Shown here piece after piece: positions 18,735 to 30,507 of a stretch of 64,000 bases of DNA (position 1 is its first letter; each line of letters begins with the position of its first letter). The notes below the pieces were generated by a model. It ran no database searches and was not told the DNA's origin. It was given only the letters and a program-made list of their open reading frames with translations. The stretch lies in NCBI GenBank assembly GCA_035492455.1, contig DATJJE010000028.1, positions 5,982 through 69,981 of the forward strand. The letters run 5' to 3'. Both the position numbers and the translations under genes were made by a program. This DNA comes from Vicinamibacterales bacterium. Its GTDB lineage: Bacteria; Acidobacteriota; Vicinamibacteria; Vicinamibacterales; UBA2999.

Positions 18735-21700
18735 TCAGTGTACGGCGCGCGCCAAGCGCTCCGCCGGCGCAAGCGGGAAACGCAGGGTGAAGCGCGTTCC
18801 CTGTCCAACGGCGCTGTCACAGTCAATCGTGCCGTCATGCTCGCGGACGATCCCGTAGGTGATCGACAGGCCGAGGCCGGTACCCTGGCCGATCGCCTTC
18901 GTCGTAAAAAAGGGATCGTAGATGCGCGCGAGGTATTCGCTCGGGATGCCCGAGCCCGTGTCCGAGACTTCGACGATGGCCTGGCCGCTGTCCGCACGGG
19001 TGGCGATCGTCAGCCATCCACCCTTTGGCATCGCATCCTTGGCGTTCAGGAACAGATTAAGGAAGACCTGTTGGAGCTTCTGTTCGGTACCAATCACCAC
19101 GATCGGTTGATCGTGCAGTTCACGACGGACGGTCACGTGCTGCAGGTGGAATTGATGCTCGAGGAGCGACAGCACATCAGCGACCACGGTGTTTACGTCT
19201 ACGGCAGAGACCTCGGTGGAGGCGGCAGGGCCAGGTCGAGAGAGATTCAGCAGACCATTCACGATCTTGGCGGCGCGGAAGGTCTGCCGCTCGATCTTTT
19301 CGAGCACTTTCGTTTTTGGGTCGTCCGGGTCCGCCCCCTCGAGCAGCATCTGCGTAAAGCTCGAGATGCCTGTCAACGGCGTGTTCACCTCGTGCGCCAC
19401 ACCCGCGGCAAGGAGGCCGATCGAAGCCATCTTCTCGGAAATCTGCAGCTGCTCTTCAAGCTGCACGCGCCGCGTGACGTCCTCGACGAGAACGATCGTG
19501 CCGACCGTCGTCGTGCCGCTCTCGCTCGAGGCGCGTAGTGGAACGACCGCGGCGTTGACGATCAGCGGCGAGGCACCCTCGGCCCGGCGTTCGAGCTGCA
19601 GCCGTGAGAGCGACGTGCCGTGCGGTGCGTCTCGTCGCGCCGCTCGAAGCGCTTCGACGAAAGGTGCTTCGAACAGCTCGTCGAGCCGCCGCGTCGTCGC
19701 CTCGCCTTTCGAGACGCCGGAGAGCGCCTCCATTGCCGGATTCCACCGCACCACACGATCGTTGAGGTCGAGCACGAGCAGGCCGTCATCGAGCGACTCG
19801 ATGATGTTTTCGTTGAAGGCGCGCATGCGATCGAGCTCGAGCGCCTTCACGTGCAACTGCCGGTACAGGCGTGCGTTCTCGAGTGCGGTCGCGATCTGGC
19901 CGGCGACGGCGGCCAGAAGGGTCATGTCCTCGCTGTTGAGAGGCTCACCGGTGTCTTTCCGGCCAACCGCAAGCACGGCGATCGTTCCTTCCTTCGCCAT
20001 GCACGGAACGAAGTAATACAGACCCGTGTCGCGCCAGTACTCGATTTCCTCCACTTGGAACCGAGTCGATCCAATCGGATCGTCGAGCGCAACGGTGTGA
20101 CCGTCCGCGAGGCGCTCGCCAATGCCGGACTTCTTCGGAATGGCCGGCGGATGGCTGTCGCCGAATCCCGAGGCGCGCAGTGCTCCCCAGTACGGCGTCG
20201 CTTCGTCCTCCAGCATCAAGGCCATGCGATCGACGAGGAGCGTCTCGACAACGCGCGACACGAGCCGTTCGGAGAGGCGGTGCAGATCCAGGTCGCTGTT
20301 GAGATCCCGAGCGAAGCCGACGAGCGCGCGGCGGTAGTCGTAGCGATCCCGATAGAACGCCCGGTCGAGCGCGTTCTGAACAGCGCTCTTCACCGGCGGC
20401 GCGAGGAGCAGCGCGACGAGCGTCGCCAAAAACGCGATGGTCCAGCTGTGCTCGTAGTCGCCCTTCAGCCAGACGCGCTGCACGCCCTGCAGCATCGCTG
20501 CATAGATGGCCACGATCGCACCGAGCGCCGCTGCGTAAACGAGGCCGCGCTTGACGATCACCTCGATGTCCATCAGGCGGTAGCGGACGATCGCGCAGGC
20601 GTAGGCGAGCGGAATCAGACCGAGCGGAATAGCCGAAAGCTGCATCGGCAACGTGGCATCGACACCGAATGCGAAGGGCAGCCCATAGGCCAGCGCAAAT
20701 GGCGCGCCGCCGAGCAACGTCCCCCACGCAATCCATCGAAGCTGGCGCCGTCCCGTAATCGATCGGACTTCCGTCAGCGCGCGTGCGAGCGCCGCAAGGC
20801 CAGCGATGAGACATGCGGACAGGTAGAAGAACTCGAGACGATCCAACGTCTCGAGCGAGCGAACCGCGGCGTTGGCGCTGCTTGCACCTCGCGCCAGCGT
20901 CACCGCGAGCGCAATACCGAGGATCGCCGCCGGCACGTAGGCCAGGGGAACCACGACGCGGCCGACCGGCCCGGCGGTCCACCGGCGCGCCCGCTCGGGG
21001 AAGATGAGCGTGAAGTGCAGGAACAGCGGCGGCAGCAGCAGCATCGAGACGGCGTCGCCCCAATAAAAGATCCAATCGAGGCGGTCGAGCCGGCCGCTGA
21101 ACGAAAAGGTAAACACGCCGAAGAAGGCGACGGCGAGCCAGAAGAAATGCAGGGTCGCCGGGTCACGCGGCCGCCGCAGACGGACAGCGCCGCCGACGAG
21201 CAGCGTAAATATGCCGACAGCGGCAAGGAAGAAGTAGAGGGCGCGCGGGCCGCTCGGAACAGGCGCAATGCGCACGTCGACGACCTCACGCGTGCCGAGG
21301 CGCAAGAGCGTGTAACGCGCGGTCTGACCGTCGACTGCTCCGTGCAACACCTGCTCGATGTCCGAGATCTGCTGCACCGGCCGGTCGTCGATCGCCAGCA
21401 GCAGATCGCCGCGCTTGATGCCGACAGCCGCCGCAGGCGTGCCGGCCGCGACGTCGGCCGCGACAACGCCCTCTGGCTGCGCCGTCCACAACACTCCGTC
21501 CTCGACGGCGTGCCAGGTTGCGCGCACCGACATGTTGGCGATGCCCAGGCACAACAGCGCGCCGACGACAACGACGGGGAGCCCTGGCCCGCGCCAGGGC
21601 GCCGAGCGTAGCGTGTCCGAGCTTCGTCGAGCGTTTCTCATCCTTCGCAGGGTCGGGCGAGCGACACGTCGCCCGGTGCGCGGCAGGGGAGCAAACGATA

Positions 21701-21737
21701 TACCACCGTCAGGCGGATCTTGCGCGCTATAACTCAA
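18735..21737 (-). CDS. Sensor histidine kinase: PDZ, multi-pass membrane region, GAF, PAS, HisKA, HATPase
   Basis: 1000-aa ORF. PDZ-like segment (GIKRGDLLLAIDDRPV), about 8 hydrophobic helices, then GAF/PAS, the H-box HEVNTPL, and G-boxes DTGSGIP/GTGLGLS. The start is uncertain (Met at 21737 or 21641). Confidence 0.88.
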   Translation of the reverse strand: MSYSAQDPPDGGISFAPLPRTGRRVARPTLRRMRNARRSSDTLRSAPWRGPGLPVVVVGALLCLGIANMSVRATWHAVEDGVLWTAQPEGVVAADVAAGTPAAAVGIKRGDLLLAIDDRPVQQISDIEQVLHGAVDGQTARYTLLRLGTREVVDVRIAPVPSGPRALYFFLAAVGIFTLLVGGAVRLRRPRDPATLHFFWLAVAFFGVFTFSFSGRLDRLDWIFYWGDAVSMLLLPPLFLHFTLIFPERARRWTAGPVGRVVVPLAYVPAAILGIALAVTLARGASSANAAVRSLETLDRLEFFYLSACLIAGLAALARALTEVRSITGRRQLRWIAWGTLLGGAPFALAYGLPFAFGVDATLPMQLSAIPLGLIPLAYACAIVRYRLMDIEVIVKRGLVYAAALGAIVAIYAAMLQGVQRVWLKGDYEHSWTIAFLATLVALLLAPPVKSAVQNALDRAFYRDRYDYRRALVGFARDLNSDLDLHRLSERLVSRVVETLLVDRMALMLEDEATPYWGALRASGFGDSHPPAIPKKSGIGERLADGHTVALDDPIGSTRFQVEEIEYWRDTGLYYFVPCMAKEGTIAVLAVGRKDTGEPLNSEDMTLLAAVAGQIATALENARLYRQLHVKALELDRMRAFNENIIESLDDGLLVLDLNDRVVRWNPAMEALSGVSKGEATTRRLDELFEAPFVEALRAARRDAPHGTSLSRLQLERRAEGASPLIVNAAVVPLRASSESGTTTVGTIVLVEDVTRRVQLEEQLQISEKMASIGLLAAGVAHEVNTPLTGISSFTQMLLEGADPDDPKTKVLEKIERQTFRAAKIVNGLLNLSRPGPAASTEVSAVDVNTVVADVLSLLEHQFHLQHVTVRRELHDQPIVVIGTEQKLQQVFLNLFLNAKDAMPKGGWLTIATRADSGQAIVEVSDTGSGIPSEYLARIYDPFFTTKAIGQGTGLGLSITYGIVREHDGTIDCDSAVGQGTRFTLRFPLAPAERLARAVH

Positions 21738-21848
21738 TGCAAATCAGTCAGTTAACGAGGATCAAGGATATCAGATGGCCGCCGGATCCAAATACACTCC
21801 GGGTGCTATCCAACGAGATGAACCGCGGAATCTCTTAGAAAAAATCGC

Positions 21849-23738
21849 CTAGAACCGGACGGTGACGCCGCCGACCACGTGCTTTGGAGGCCGTACAACC
21901 TGCAACTCGTCGTAGACCGACGAGTCGAGGAGGTCTTCGTGGAAGAGATTCCTGACCGCCACGATCATCTCCCACTGCGCAGACGAAAAGTTCAGAAACG
22001 GGAGGGCCTGGCTGACTTCGACGTCGAAGCGTGACCCAAGCTGCGGCCGCAGCGCCACGGCGTCAGGACGAGTAAAGCCTGAATTGATCTTGTAGATGAC
22101 GAACACTCTCGTATCGAGCCGCGGCACCTCGCTTTCAACCGACGTCGTCAGATCGCGCAACTGCTCGAATTGACGGCGAATCATCGAAGGCGACACGAGT
22201 GCGACGCTCGCGGTTCCTGCAGACGGCCGCAGCCACTGAGCATCGGCCTGCGTGTAATCCACCGACGCATGAATACCGTCGGTGACGTCGCGGCTGACGC
22301 TGATGCCCCAGCCCCGCGCATCCACATCGCCGGCGTTGCCGACATAGTAATGACCGATATTCGTGCCGGCGGTATCCGGCAGCGACACGCCAAACAGCGT
22401 CACGAGTTGATCGTTGACCTGTTGGCGGAAGGCGCGGAAGCCGAGCACCACGCGTTCCGCAACGGGCTGTTCCGCCGCGATCTCCACGTGATTGATCTGC
22501 TCCGGCCGGAATCCGAAGCGCGACGCTGCAGGCGAGAACGTGCGCCCCGGCGGCGACCACATGCCGGTGTTCGGCAGAAGGAACTCCTCTGCGCCGGGGG
22601 CGATCTCGCGGCGCGACACGGTACCACGAAGACGCAACGTTCCGCGCGGCAGAGGCGCTACGGTGACGCTCGCCTTCGGACTGAAGAGCGTTTCGTGCGC
22701 GAGGTAGTCGTAGCGCGCGTAGCGAGCGCCGTAACTCACGTCAACGCGCGGTGCCAGCGTCCAGCGATCGAACGCGTACATTTCGCCGGCATTGCGGTGG
22801 CCATCGGCCATTGCCGCGAGCGCATCGGCGTTGCCGCCGAAGTAGCGCTGCATCGCGTAAGACATGCCGGCGCGATAGTTGTGCGCCGAACCTACCGGCT
22901 GCCATGAATACGACCCGGCCACGATCCACGACGACAGATCACCTTGTGTCGTTCCGCCCCGCACGTCCCACTTGCCAGTCGCGGTCGGCGCGGTGAGCGA
23001 CACGAAGGCGACGCTGTTCGGAATGCCGTTCTGCAGTGTGAACAGGCTCTGCGGAGTGTCGAACGACGTACTCGTCAGAAGGTTGATCTGACCGTTGAAC
23101 GGCAGCGTTGAGATGAAATCCGATGCAAAGCGAACCGGGTTGCCGACCGCCCGGGCCAACCCTGCCAGCGACCCTTCGATGAACGACGGCTGGTCATCCG
23201 CCGGCAACACCGCGGTGTTCACGTTCTTGAGGACACTGCGCCGCAAATGGCGCAGGCGCCATGCGAGCTCGCTGTGATCCTCGACGTCCGATCCTTCTTC
23301 GCTCGTCGCCTCACCGTCGTCGGCAGGCGCGAGCCCCGCCTGCAGCACCTGCTGATCGGGCTTGCCCGTCACCTTTGTCAGAGTGATCGAGACGTCGCGC
23401 GGCGACGTTGTCATCTGGACGATGCGAGCACGGGCCGGCGCGTAGCCTTGCAGGTGGGCGCGAACGAGATAGGGACCGGCGGGCAGATCGCGCAGAACGA
23501 ACCGGCCGTCCCTGTCGGACACCGCGAATGCGCTGGTACCCCCGAGCGCGGAAATCACGACGCCGGCGAGCGGCTGCGCGCGATCATCGAGGACCGTTCC
23601 GCGCAGTTCGGCGATGGTCAGTGAGACCAGCTGCGGGACTGCTGAGACTGCGGGGCGAGGCGCGACTTGGGCGACGGAAACGGCGGGACTGATGAGTCCC
23701 GCCAGCACTGCCAGTAACGCCGGGAGGCGCACCCTCAC
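21849..23738 (-). CDS. Outer-membrane beta-barrel protein with N-terminal carboxypeptidase-regulatory-like domain
   Basis: 629 aa with a signal peptide (MRVRLPALLAVLAGLISPAVSVAQV), a CarboxypepD_reg-like segment (DGRFVLRDLPAGPYLVRAHLQGYA) and a C-terminal aromatic residue (GVTVRF). Confidence 0.7.
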   Translation of the reverse strand: MRVRLPALLAVLAGLISPAVSVAQVAPRPAVSAVPQLVSLTIAELRGTVLDDRAQPLAGVVISALGGTSAFAVSDRDGRFVLRDLPAGPYLVRAHLQGYAPARARIVQMTTSPRDVSITLTKVTGKPDQQVLQAGLAPADDGEATSEEGSDVEDHSELAWRLRHLRRSVLKNVNTAVLPADDQPSFIEGSLAGLARAVGNPVRFASDFISTLPFNGQINLLTSTSFDTPQSLFTLQNGIPNSVAFVSLTAPTATGKWDVRGGTTQGDLSSWIVAGSYSWQPVGSAHNYRAGMSYAMQRYFGGNADALAAMADGHRNAGEMYAFDRWTLAPRVDVSYGARYARYDYLAHETLFSPKASVTVAPLPRGTLRLRGTVSRREIAPGAEEFLLPNTGMWSPPGRTFSPAASRFGFRPEQINHVEIAAEQPVAERVVLGFRAFRQQVNDQLVTLFGVSLPDTAGTNIGHYYVGNAGDVDARGWGISVSRDVTDGIHASVDYTQADAQWLRPSAGTASVALVSPSMIRRQFEQLRDLTTSVESEVPRLDTRVFVIYKINSGFTRPDAVALRPQLGSRFDVEVSQALPFLNFSSAQWEMIVAVRNLFHEDLLDSSVYDELQVVRPPKHVVGGVTVRF

Positions 23739-23758
23739 ATCTTACGCCTTTGCCGTGA

Positions 23759-24790
23759 CTACGACGCCATCACCGTGAAATTAACGTTTTGCGTCACGGT
23801 TTTCCCCGACGGCTTGTCGGTGATCTTGATTTCCAGCCTGTAATCGCCAGGCGCGAAGCTGAGCAGAGGCACTTCGAGGAAATTCGGAACACCCTGCGCC
23901 GCCGTGTACGGCGTGCTGGCGTTGATGGCCTGGGGCTGGGTCTTATTGAAGAACTTCTCGGTGCCGTCGGCGCTCTTCGTGTTGAAGCTGTTCTCAATCG
24001 TGAGATCCGGTTTGCCGGCGGCATCGCCCGTCGCGCCGTACACCCAATAGACGACGCTCAGCGTGTCCGTCTTCTTGTACTTGCCGTCTTTCGACGGAAC
24101 GATCTGCATCTGGCCGAAGATGTAGGGATCGTTATCCGCGGTTTGACCGGCTGGTGCGGGCTGAATGCCGCTCGACAGCAGCATGCTGCTGGTCGCCAGA
24201 CCAGCCACATTGAAGTCGGGAACGGTAAGGTCCTTCTTCAACAGACCCACGCGAGGCGTGTAGTTCTTGTCGACCTTCTCGACAGTGCCCTTGTCTTTGA
24301 TCGCTAGGTAGACATCGTAATCGCCAGGCTTCACCTGCAGGTAGCGCGCGAGCTTGCCGTCACCATTCAGTGCGAGAAAGTCGAATTTCTCGAACGCCGG
24401 CATCGGACCCGCAGCCTTGTTGTCCTTGCCTTTTGCAGGTGCCGCAGCGGCGGCAGCACCCTTCGGAAATGCCGCAAGGTAGACGGCAGCGTTGGGTGCG
24501 CTGAGCTTGCTCTTGTCAATCGTGACGGTGAACGGAACGTAAGTCGTACCATCCGGCGCGCGGAAGAAGTGATTGGACTCCCACGTCACCGCGATGTCCG
24601 CGGCCGCTGCAGGCCGTCCCGCGGCGGCGTTATCGACCACCATGGTGAGAGTGTCGAAGTCGACCTGCTCCGCCTTGCTGCGCTTGACCTCTTTCTTGTT
24701 GTCGTCCTTGTTCTGCGCAAGCAACGCCGAGGTGCCGGCACTCACGGTCAACGCAACACAGAGAGCAACGATGCCTCTCATCTTCTTCAT
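23759..24790 (-). CDS. Secreted hypothetical protein
   Basis: 343 aa with a signal peptide (MKKMRGIVALCVALTVSAGTSALLAQ), beta-rich, no recognisable catalytic motif. Lies 20 nt upstream of the barrel gene. Confidence 0.6.
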   Translation of the reverse strand: MKKMRGIVALCVALTVSAGTSALLAQNKDDNKKEVKRSKAEQVDFDTLTMVVDNAAAGRPAAAADIAVTWESNHFFRAPDGTTYVPFTVTIDKSKLSAPNAAVYLAAFPKGAAAAAAPAKGKDNKAAGPMPAFEKFDFLALNGDGKLARYLQVKPGDYDVYLAIKDKGTVEKVDKNYTPRVGLLKKDLTVPDFNVAGLATSSMLLSSGIQPAPAGQTADNDPYIFGQMQIVPSKDGKYKKTDTLSVVYWVYGATGDAAGKPDLTIENSFNTKSADGTEKFFNKTQPQAINASTPYTAAQGVPNFLEVPLLSFAPGDYRLEIKITDKPSGKTVTQNVNFTVMAS

Positions 24791-24937
24791 GCCTCTCTCT
24801 CCCGTGGACGGGGACTAACGAACAGCTGATAGGCTGTCGCAAAACCGGGGGAAACCGAATCCACCGATTTTAGGGATCCGGTACCGCGTAAGTCAAACAA
24901 TCATCATGCTAATATCGCTGCCCCCGCAGCACGGCCC

Positions 24938-26227
24938 ATGGAACTCGACGATATCCTGGTAATCCTCCTCGCCGGCGGCGTCGGAGAGCGCCTGTACCCC
25001 CTCACCAAAGAACGCGCGAAACCCGCCGTCTACTTCGGCGGGCCCTACCGGATCATCGATTTCACTCTGAGCAACTGCATCAACTCGGGACTCCGGCACA
25101 TCTACATCGCGACCCAGTACAAGTCGTTGTCGCTGAATCGCCATATCCGCATGGGCTGGAACGTGGTGTCAGAGGAGCTGGGAGAGTTCATCGAGATTCT
25201 GCCGCCGCAGAAACGAGTCGGCGAGCACTGGTACCTCGGCACTGCCGATGCGGTGTACCAGAACCTGTACTCGATTACGCGCGAGGCGGCGAGCCACATC
25301 ATCGTGCTGTCCGGCGATCACGTCTACAAGATGGACTACGCCAAGATGCTGCGGTTCCATCAGGAGAGCAACGCCGACGCGACCATCGCCACCATCGAGG
25401 TGCCCGTGTCCGAAGCGTCGCGCTTCGGCATTGTCAGCATCGACGAATCGGCGCGCGTGATCAGTTTCGACGAGAAGCCGCAGCGGGCCAATCCCGCGCC
25501 CGGTTCGCCCGACACGGCGCTGGCATCGATGGGCATCTACATCTTCCGCGCCGACGTCCTCGAGCGCGCCCTCGAAGAGGACGCGGCGCGGCCTGACAGC
25601 CAGCACGACTTCGGCAAGAACATCATCCCGTCGTTGATTCAATCCTCGCCGGTGTACTCGTATCGCTTCTACGACGAAAACAAGAAGTCGGCGAAGTACT
25701 GGCGCGACATCGGAACGCTCGATGCGTATTTCGAAGCGAGCATGGACCTGTGTCAGGTGAATCCGGAGTTCAATCTCTACGATCCGGAATGGCCGCTGCG
25801 CACCTATCAGCCGCAAGCGCCACCGGCGAAATTCGTGTTCGCCGCGGAAGGAAAGCGCTGCGGCCAGGCGCTCGACTCGATTATTTCCGGCGGCTGCATC
25901 ATTTCCGGCAGCCGTGTCACCGGCAGCATCCTCTGTCCGAATGTGCGCGTGCACAGCTTTTGCGACATCGATCAATCGATCCTGATGCCCGGCGTCCGCG
26001 TCGGCCGCCACGCACGGCTGCGCCGGACCATCATCGACCGCGACGTGCTGATTCCCCGCGGCGCGCTCATCGGATATAACTCGGAGGAGGATCGGCGTCG
26101 TCACACCGTCACCGAAGGCGGGGTCGTCGTGGTGACGGCTGAGGACGAGCCGCTCATCGGACCGATCACCGAGGAGGCGCTGCGCGCGGAGGCGGAAGCG
26201 GATCGCGGCGGCGCGGCACAAGCGTAG
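24938..26227 (+). CDS. glgC: Glucose-1-phosphate adenylyltransferase
   Basis: 429 aa, LAGGVGERLYPLTKERAKPAVYFGGPYRIIDFTLSNCINSG. Confidence 0.95.
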   Translation: MELDDILVILLAGGVGERLYPLTKERAKPAVYFGGPYRIIDFTLSNCINSGLRHIYIATQYKSLSLNRHIRMGWNVVSEELGEFIEILPPQKRVGEHWYLGTADAVYQNLYSITREAASHIIVLSGDHVYKMDYAKMLRFHQESNADATIATIEVPVSEASRFGIVSIDESARVISFDEKPQRANPAPGSPDTALASMGIYIFRADVLERALEEDAARPDSQHDFGKNIIPSLIQSSPVYSYRFYDENKKSAKYWRDIGTLDAYFEASMDLCQVNPEFNLYDPEWPLRTYQPQAPPAKFVFAAEGKRCGQALDSIISGGCIISGSRVTGSILCPNVRVHSFCDIDQSILMPGVRVGRHARLRRTIIDRDVLIPRGALIGYNSEEDRRRHTVTEGGVVVVTAEDEPLIGPITEEALRAEAEADRGGAAQA

Positions 26228-26244
26228 TCTCCGGTCCGGGATGA

Positions 26245-27570
<1,326 letters not shown>

Positions 27571-27571
27571 A

Positions 27572-27600
27572 GGCGCCCACCATCGATTACCGGTGGCGCC
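27572..27600 (+). terminator. Hairpin directly after eno (possible attenuating terminator)
   Basis: GGCGCCCACC pairs with GGTGGCGCC (9 bp, one bulge) around a 10-nt loop. There is no U-tract, so function is uncertain. Confidence 0.3.
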
Positions 27601-27627
27601 CGCCTTCAGCCGGACCAAAGGGTCTAT

Positions 27628-28374
27628 ATGCACCGACTCGTTCTACTCCGCCACGGCGAAAGCGTGTGGAATCAGGAAAACCGGTTCACCGGCTGGACCG
27701 ATGTCGATCTGAACGACAAGGGTCGGGCCGAGGCAAAGGAAGCCGGCCGGTTGATGCTCGCCGAGAAGTTCGAGTTCGACGTCGCGCACACGTCCGTCCT
27801 CAAACGCGCAATCCGGACGATGTGGATGGCGCTCGACGAAATGGACCTGCTCTGGATTCCCGTTCACAAATCGTGGCGGCTGAACGAGCGGCATTACGGC
27901 GCGCTGCAGGGCCTCAACAAGGCCGAAACCGCGGCGAAGCACGGTGAGGAACAGGTGAAGATCTGGCGGCGCAGCTACGACATCCCGCCACCGGCGCTGA
28001 CGCCCGACGATCCGCGACATCCGTCGCGCGATCGCCGCTATGCGTCCCTGTCGCGCTCAGAGCTGCCTCTGACTGAATCGCTCAAGGAGACGGTCGCGCG
28101 CTTTCTGCCGTACTGGCACGAATCGATCGCTCCGGATATCAAAGCCGGAAAGCGCGTGTTGATCGCCGCTCACGGCAACAGCCTGCGTGCGCTCGTGAAG
28201 TATCTCGACAACGTCTCCGAGAAAGACATCCTCGAATTGAACATCCCGACGGGGATCCCGTTGGTGTATCTACTGAATGAGGATTTGAAGCCGCTGCAGA
28301 AGTTTTATCTGGGAGATCAGGAAGCGGTGGCGGCGAAAATGGCGGCCGTTGCGAATCAGGGCAAGGCGCGCTGA
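27628..28374 (+). CDS. gpmA: 2,3-bisphosphoglycerate-dependent phosphoglycerate mutase
   Basis: 248 aa, [18 protein letters not shown] (RHGE phosphohistidine motif). Confidence 0.96.
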   Translation: MHRLVLLRHGESVWNQENRFTGWTDVDLNDKGRAEAKEAGRLMLAEKFEFDVAHTSVLKRAIRTMWMALDEMDLLWIPVHKSWRLNERHYGALQGLNKAETAAKHGEEQVKIWRRSYDIPPPALTPDDPRHPSRDRRYASLSRSELPLTESLKETVARFLPYWHESIAPDIKAGKRVLIAAHGNSLRALVKYLDNVSEKDILELNIPTGIPLVYLLNEDLKPLQKFYLGDQEAVAAKMAAVANQGKAR

Positions 28375-28393
28375 GCGCCCTGCCCCTTAATAA

Positions 28394-28708
28394 TCAATTC
28401 TGACCTTCGACGGTCGGTTCCTTGGCCTCGTCCGCGCCAATCCGCAGCGAACGCAGGAAGCGCTTGTCGTTAGACGTCAGCTCGAACGCGCGGCGTGCGG
28501 GCAACAGGCGAGCGGGCGTCGTTATCTTCGTCACGGCTGCGCCGTTGTTGCGGTTGACAAAACCCACCACGGCTTCGAGCGTAACCTTCATGTCAAAGCC
28601 GGCTTCGCGTGCCTTCGCACGACACGCTTCCACTTGGGGATTTTCAGCAACGGCACCGGCGATCGCGTCGGCCAGCTCTTTTGCGAACCGGTTCACGACG
28701 TCATCCAT
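28394..28708 (-). CDS. Hypothetical small protein (104 aa)
   Basis: The internal ATG at 28708 is preceded by GGAGGA. The upstream 33 codons of the 137-aa ORF are Arg/Pro-rich and unlikely to be coding. No family recognised. Confidence 0.45.
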   Translation of the reverse strand: MDDVVNRFAKELADAIAGAVAENPQVEACRAKAREAGFDMKVTLEAVVGFVNRNNGAAVTKITTPARLLPARRAFELTSNDKRFLRSLRIGADEAKEPTVEGQN

Positions 28709-28923
28709 ACCTGCTTCCTCCTCACACCGCCGCCGGGCCGGGATCCGGGGCGTCTCCCGATCCGAACCTGCACGGGCCGGGGAGGCTTGGCAGGGATCGG
28801 GCGCCAAAGATGTTCATCTGTATGGGTTTAGCCTATGGGAAGGCTATCGGCATTGTAGAGGCAGTACTGCAGAGTGTCAACGGGGCACCCCAAGGGGTTG
28901 GAGGTAGAATCGCCAGGCACCAC

Positions 28924-30507
28924 ATGAAAAGCGGTCCCGCCCAGTCTGTCTACCGGACGCCGGCCGACCTGAAAGCCTTCGACCCGGACCGCGACCTTGC
29001 CGCTCCAGGGAGCTTCCCGTTCACCCGGGGTGTCCAGCCGTCGATGTACCGCGGCCGGCCGTGGACGATGCGGCAGTACGCCGGCTTTGCGGATGCGGCG
29101 GAATCGAACCGGCGCTACCGATATCTGCTGTCGCAGGGGGTCAGCGGCCTGAGCGTCGCTTTCGATCTTCCTACGCAGATCGGCTACGACTCTGACCACG
29201 CCTTGGCGGCGGGCGAAGTGGGCCGGGTCGGCGTGGCCATCGACTCGATTGAGGACATGGCCGCGCTGTTCGACGGCATCCCGCTCGATCGCGTCTCGAC
29301 CTCGATGACCATCAACGCAACGGCCATCATCCTCCTCGCCCTCTACATCGCGGTTGCGAAGCGCCAGGGCGTGGCGGCCGGCGCGCTGTCGGGAACGGTG
29401 CAGAACGACATCCTGAAGGAGTACGTCGCCCGCGGCACCTACATTTATCCGCCGCGCCCGTCGATGCGCATCGTCACCGACATCATTGCCTTCTGCGAAC
29501 GCGAGCTGCCACAGTGGAACAGCATCTCGATCAGTGGGTATCACATCCGCGAAGCTGGATCGACGGCCGTGCAGGAGGTCGCCTTCACCCTTGCGCATGC
29601 GAGCGCGTACGTGCAGTCGGCGATCGATGCCGGACTCGACGTCAATTCGTTCGCGCAGCGCATCTCCTTCTTCTTCAACGCGCACAACAATTTCCTCGAA
29701 GAGATCGCGAAGTTCCGCGCCGCCCGGCGGCTGTGGGCCCGCCGCATGAAGGATCGCTTCGGCGCCACGAACCCGCGCGCCCAGCAGCTTCGCTTCCACA
29801 CGCAGACGGCGGGCAGCACGCTTGCCGCACGGCAGCCCGATAACAACATCGTCCGTGTCGCACTGCAGGCGCTGGCGGCGGTGCTCGGCGGGACGCAGTC
29901 GCTGCACTGCAACGGCAAGGACGAAGCGCTGGCGCTGCCGACGGAGGAGAGCGCGACGATCGCGCTGCGCACGCAACAGATCATCCTGCACGAGAGTGGC
30001 GTGGCGAATACGGTCGACCCGACAGGAGGTTCGTACGCGATCGAAGAAATGACCACGCGCATCGAGCGCGAGGCAAGCGACCTGCTCGATCGTATCGATC
30101 ACATTGGCGGCACACTGGCGGCCATCGAATCCGGATATATCCAACGGCAGATTCAGGATGCGGCGTACGTCGCCCAGCAGGCGATCGATTCCGGTGCATC
30201 CGTGGTGGTCGGCGTGAACAAGTTCACGGACGAAACGGCTCCGGTGACCGACGTTTTTCGCATCGACTCAGACATCGAGCGCCGGCAGATCGAACGCGTG
30301 CGTGCGGTGCGCGCCGGTCGCAGTGAGCGTGAGTGGCGGGCAGCCCTTGATGCGGTTGTCGCCGCCGCGCGCGGGAACAGCAACCTGGTGCCGCCGATCG
30401 TCGCGGCCGTTGAAGCGCGCGCCACGCTCGGTGAAATCGCGGATGCGATGCGCAGCGTTTTCGGAGAACATCAGGACGTGTCGCCAGCCGCCACGACTCC
30501 CCGGTGA
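28924..30507 (+). CDS. Methylmalonyl-CoA mutase family protein, catalytic (substrate-binding barrel) chain only
   Basis: Conserved sequence starts at ATG 28924 ([16 protein letters not shown]...[25 protein letters not shown]...). 527 aa, with no C-terminal B12-binding domain. Confidence 0.9.
   Translation: MKSGPAQSVYRTPADLKAFDPDRDLAAPGSFPFTRGVQPSMYRGRPWTMRQYAGFADAAESNRRYRYLLSQGVSGLSVAFDLPTQIGYDSDHALAAGEVGRVGVAIDSIEDMAALFDGIPLDRVSTSMTINATAIILLALYIAVAKRQGVAAGALSGTVQNDILKEYVARGTYIYPPRPSMRIVTDIIAFCERELPQWNSISISGYHIREAGSTAVQEVAFTLAHASAYVQSAIDAGLDVNSFAQRISFFFNAHNNFLEEIAKFRAARRLWARRMKDRFGATNPRAQQLRFHTQTAGSTLAARQPDNNIVRVALQALAAVLGGTQSLHCNGKDEALALPTEESATIALRTQQIILHESGVANTVDPTGGSYAIEEMTTRIEREASDLLDRIDHIGGTLAAIESGYIQRQIQDAAYVAQQAIDSGASVVVGVNKFTDETAPVTDVFRIDSDIERRQIERVRAVRAGRSEREWRAALDAVVAAARGNSNLVPPIVAAVEARATLGEIADAMRSVFGEHQDVSPAATTPR

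Noticed and set aside
19620-21611. 663-aa + strand ORF, the longest unannotated ORF in the track
   Set aside because: It lies exactly antisense to the histidine kinase, whose motifs are unambiguous. The translation is Arg/Ala/Gly/Pro-rich with no motif, which is the typical stop-poor shadow frame of a high-GC genome.
28709-28923. Possible cobalamin riboswitch in the 215-nt region upstream of the B12-dependent mutase
   Set aside because: I could not find a B12-box-like core or the conserved paired elements by eye. B12 riboswitches normally control B12 supply or B12-independent isozymes, not B12 users. A covariance-model scan (Rfam RF00174) would settle it.
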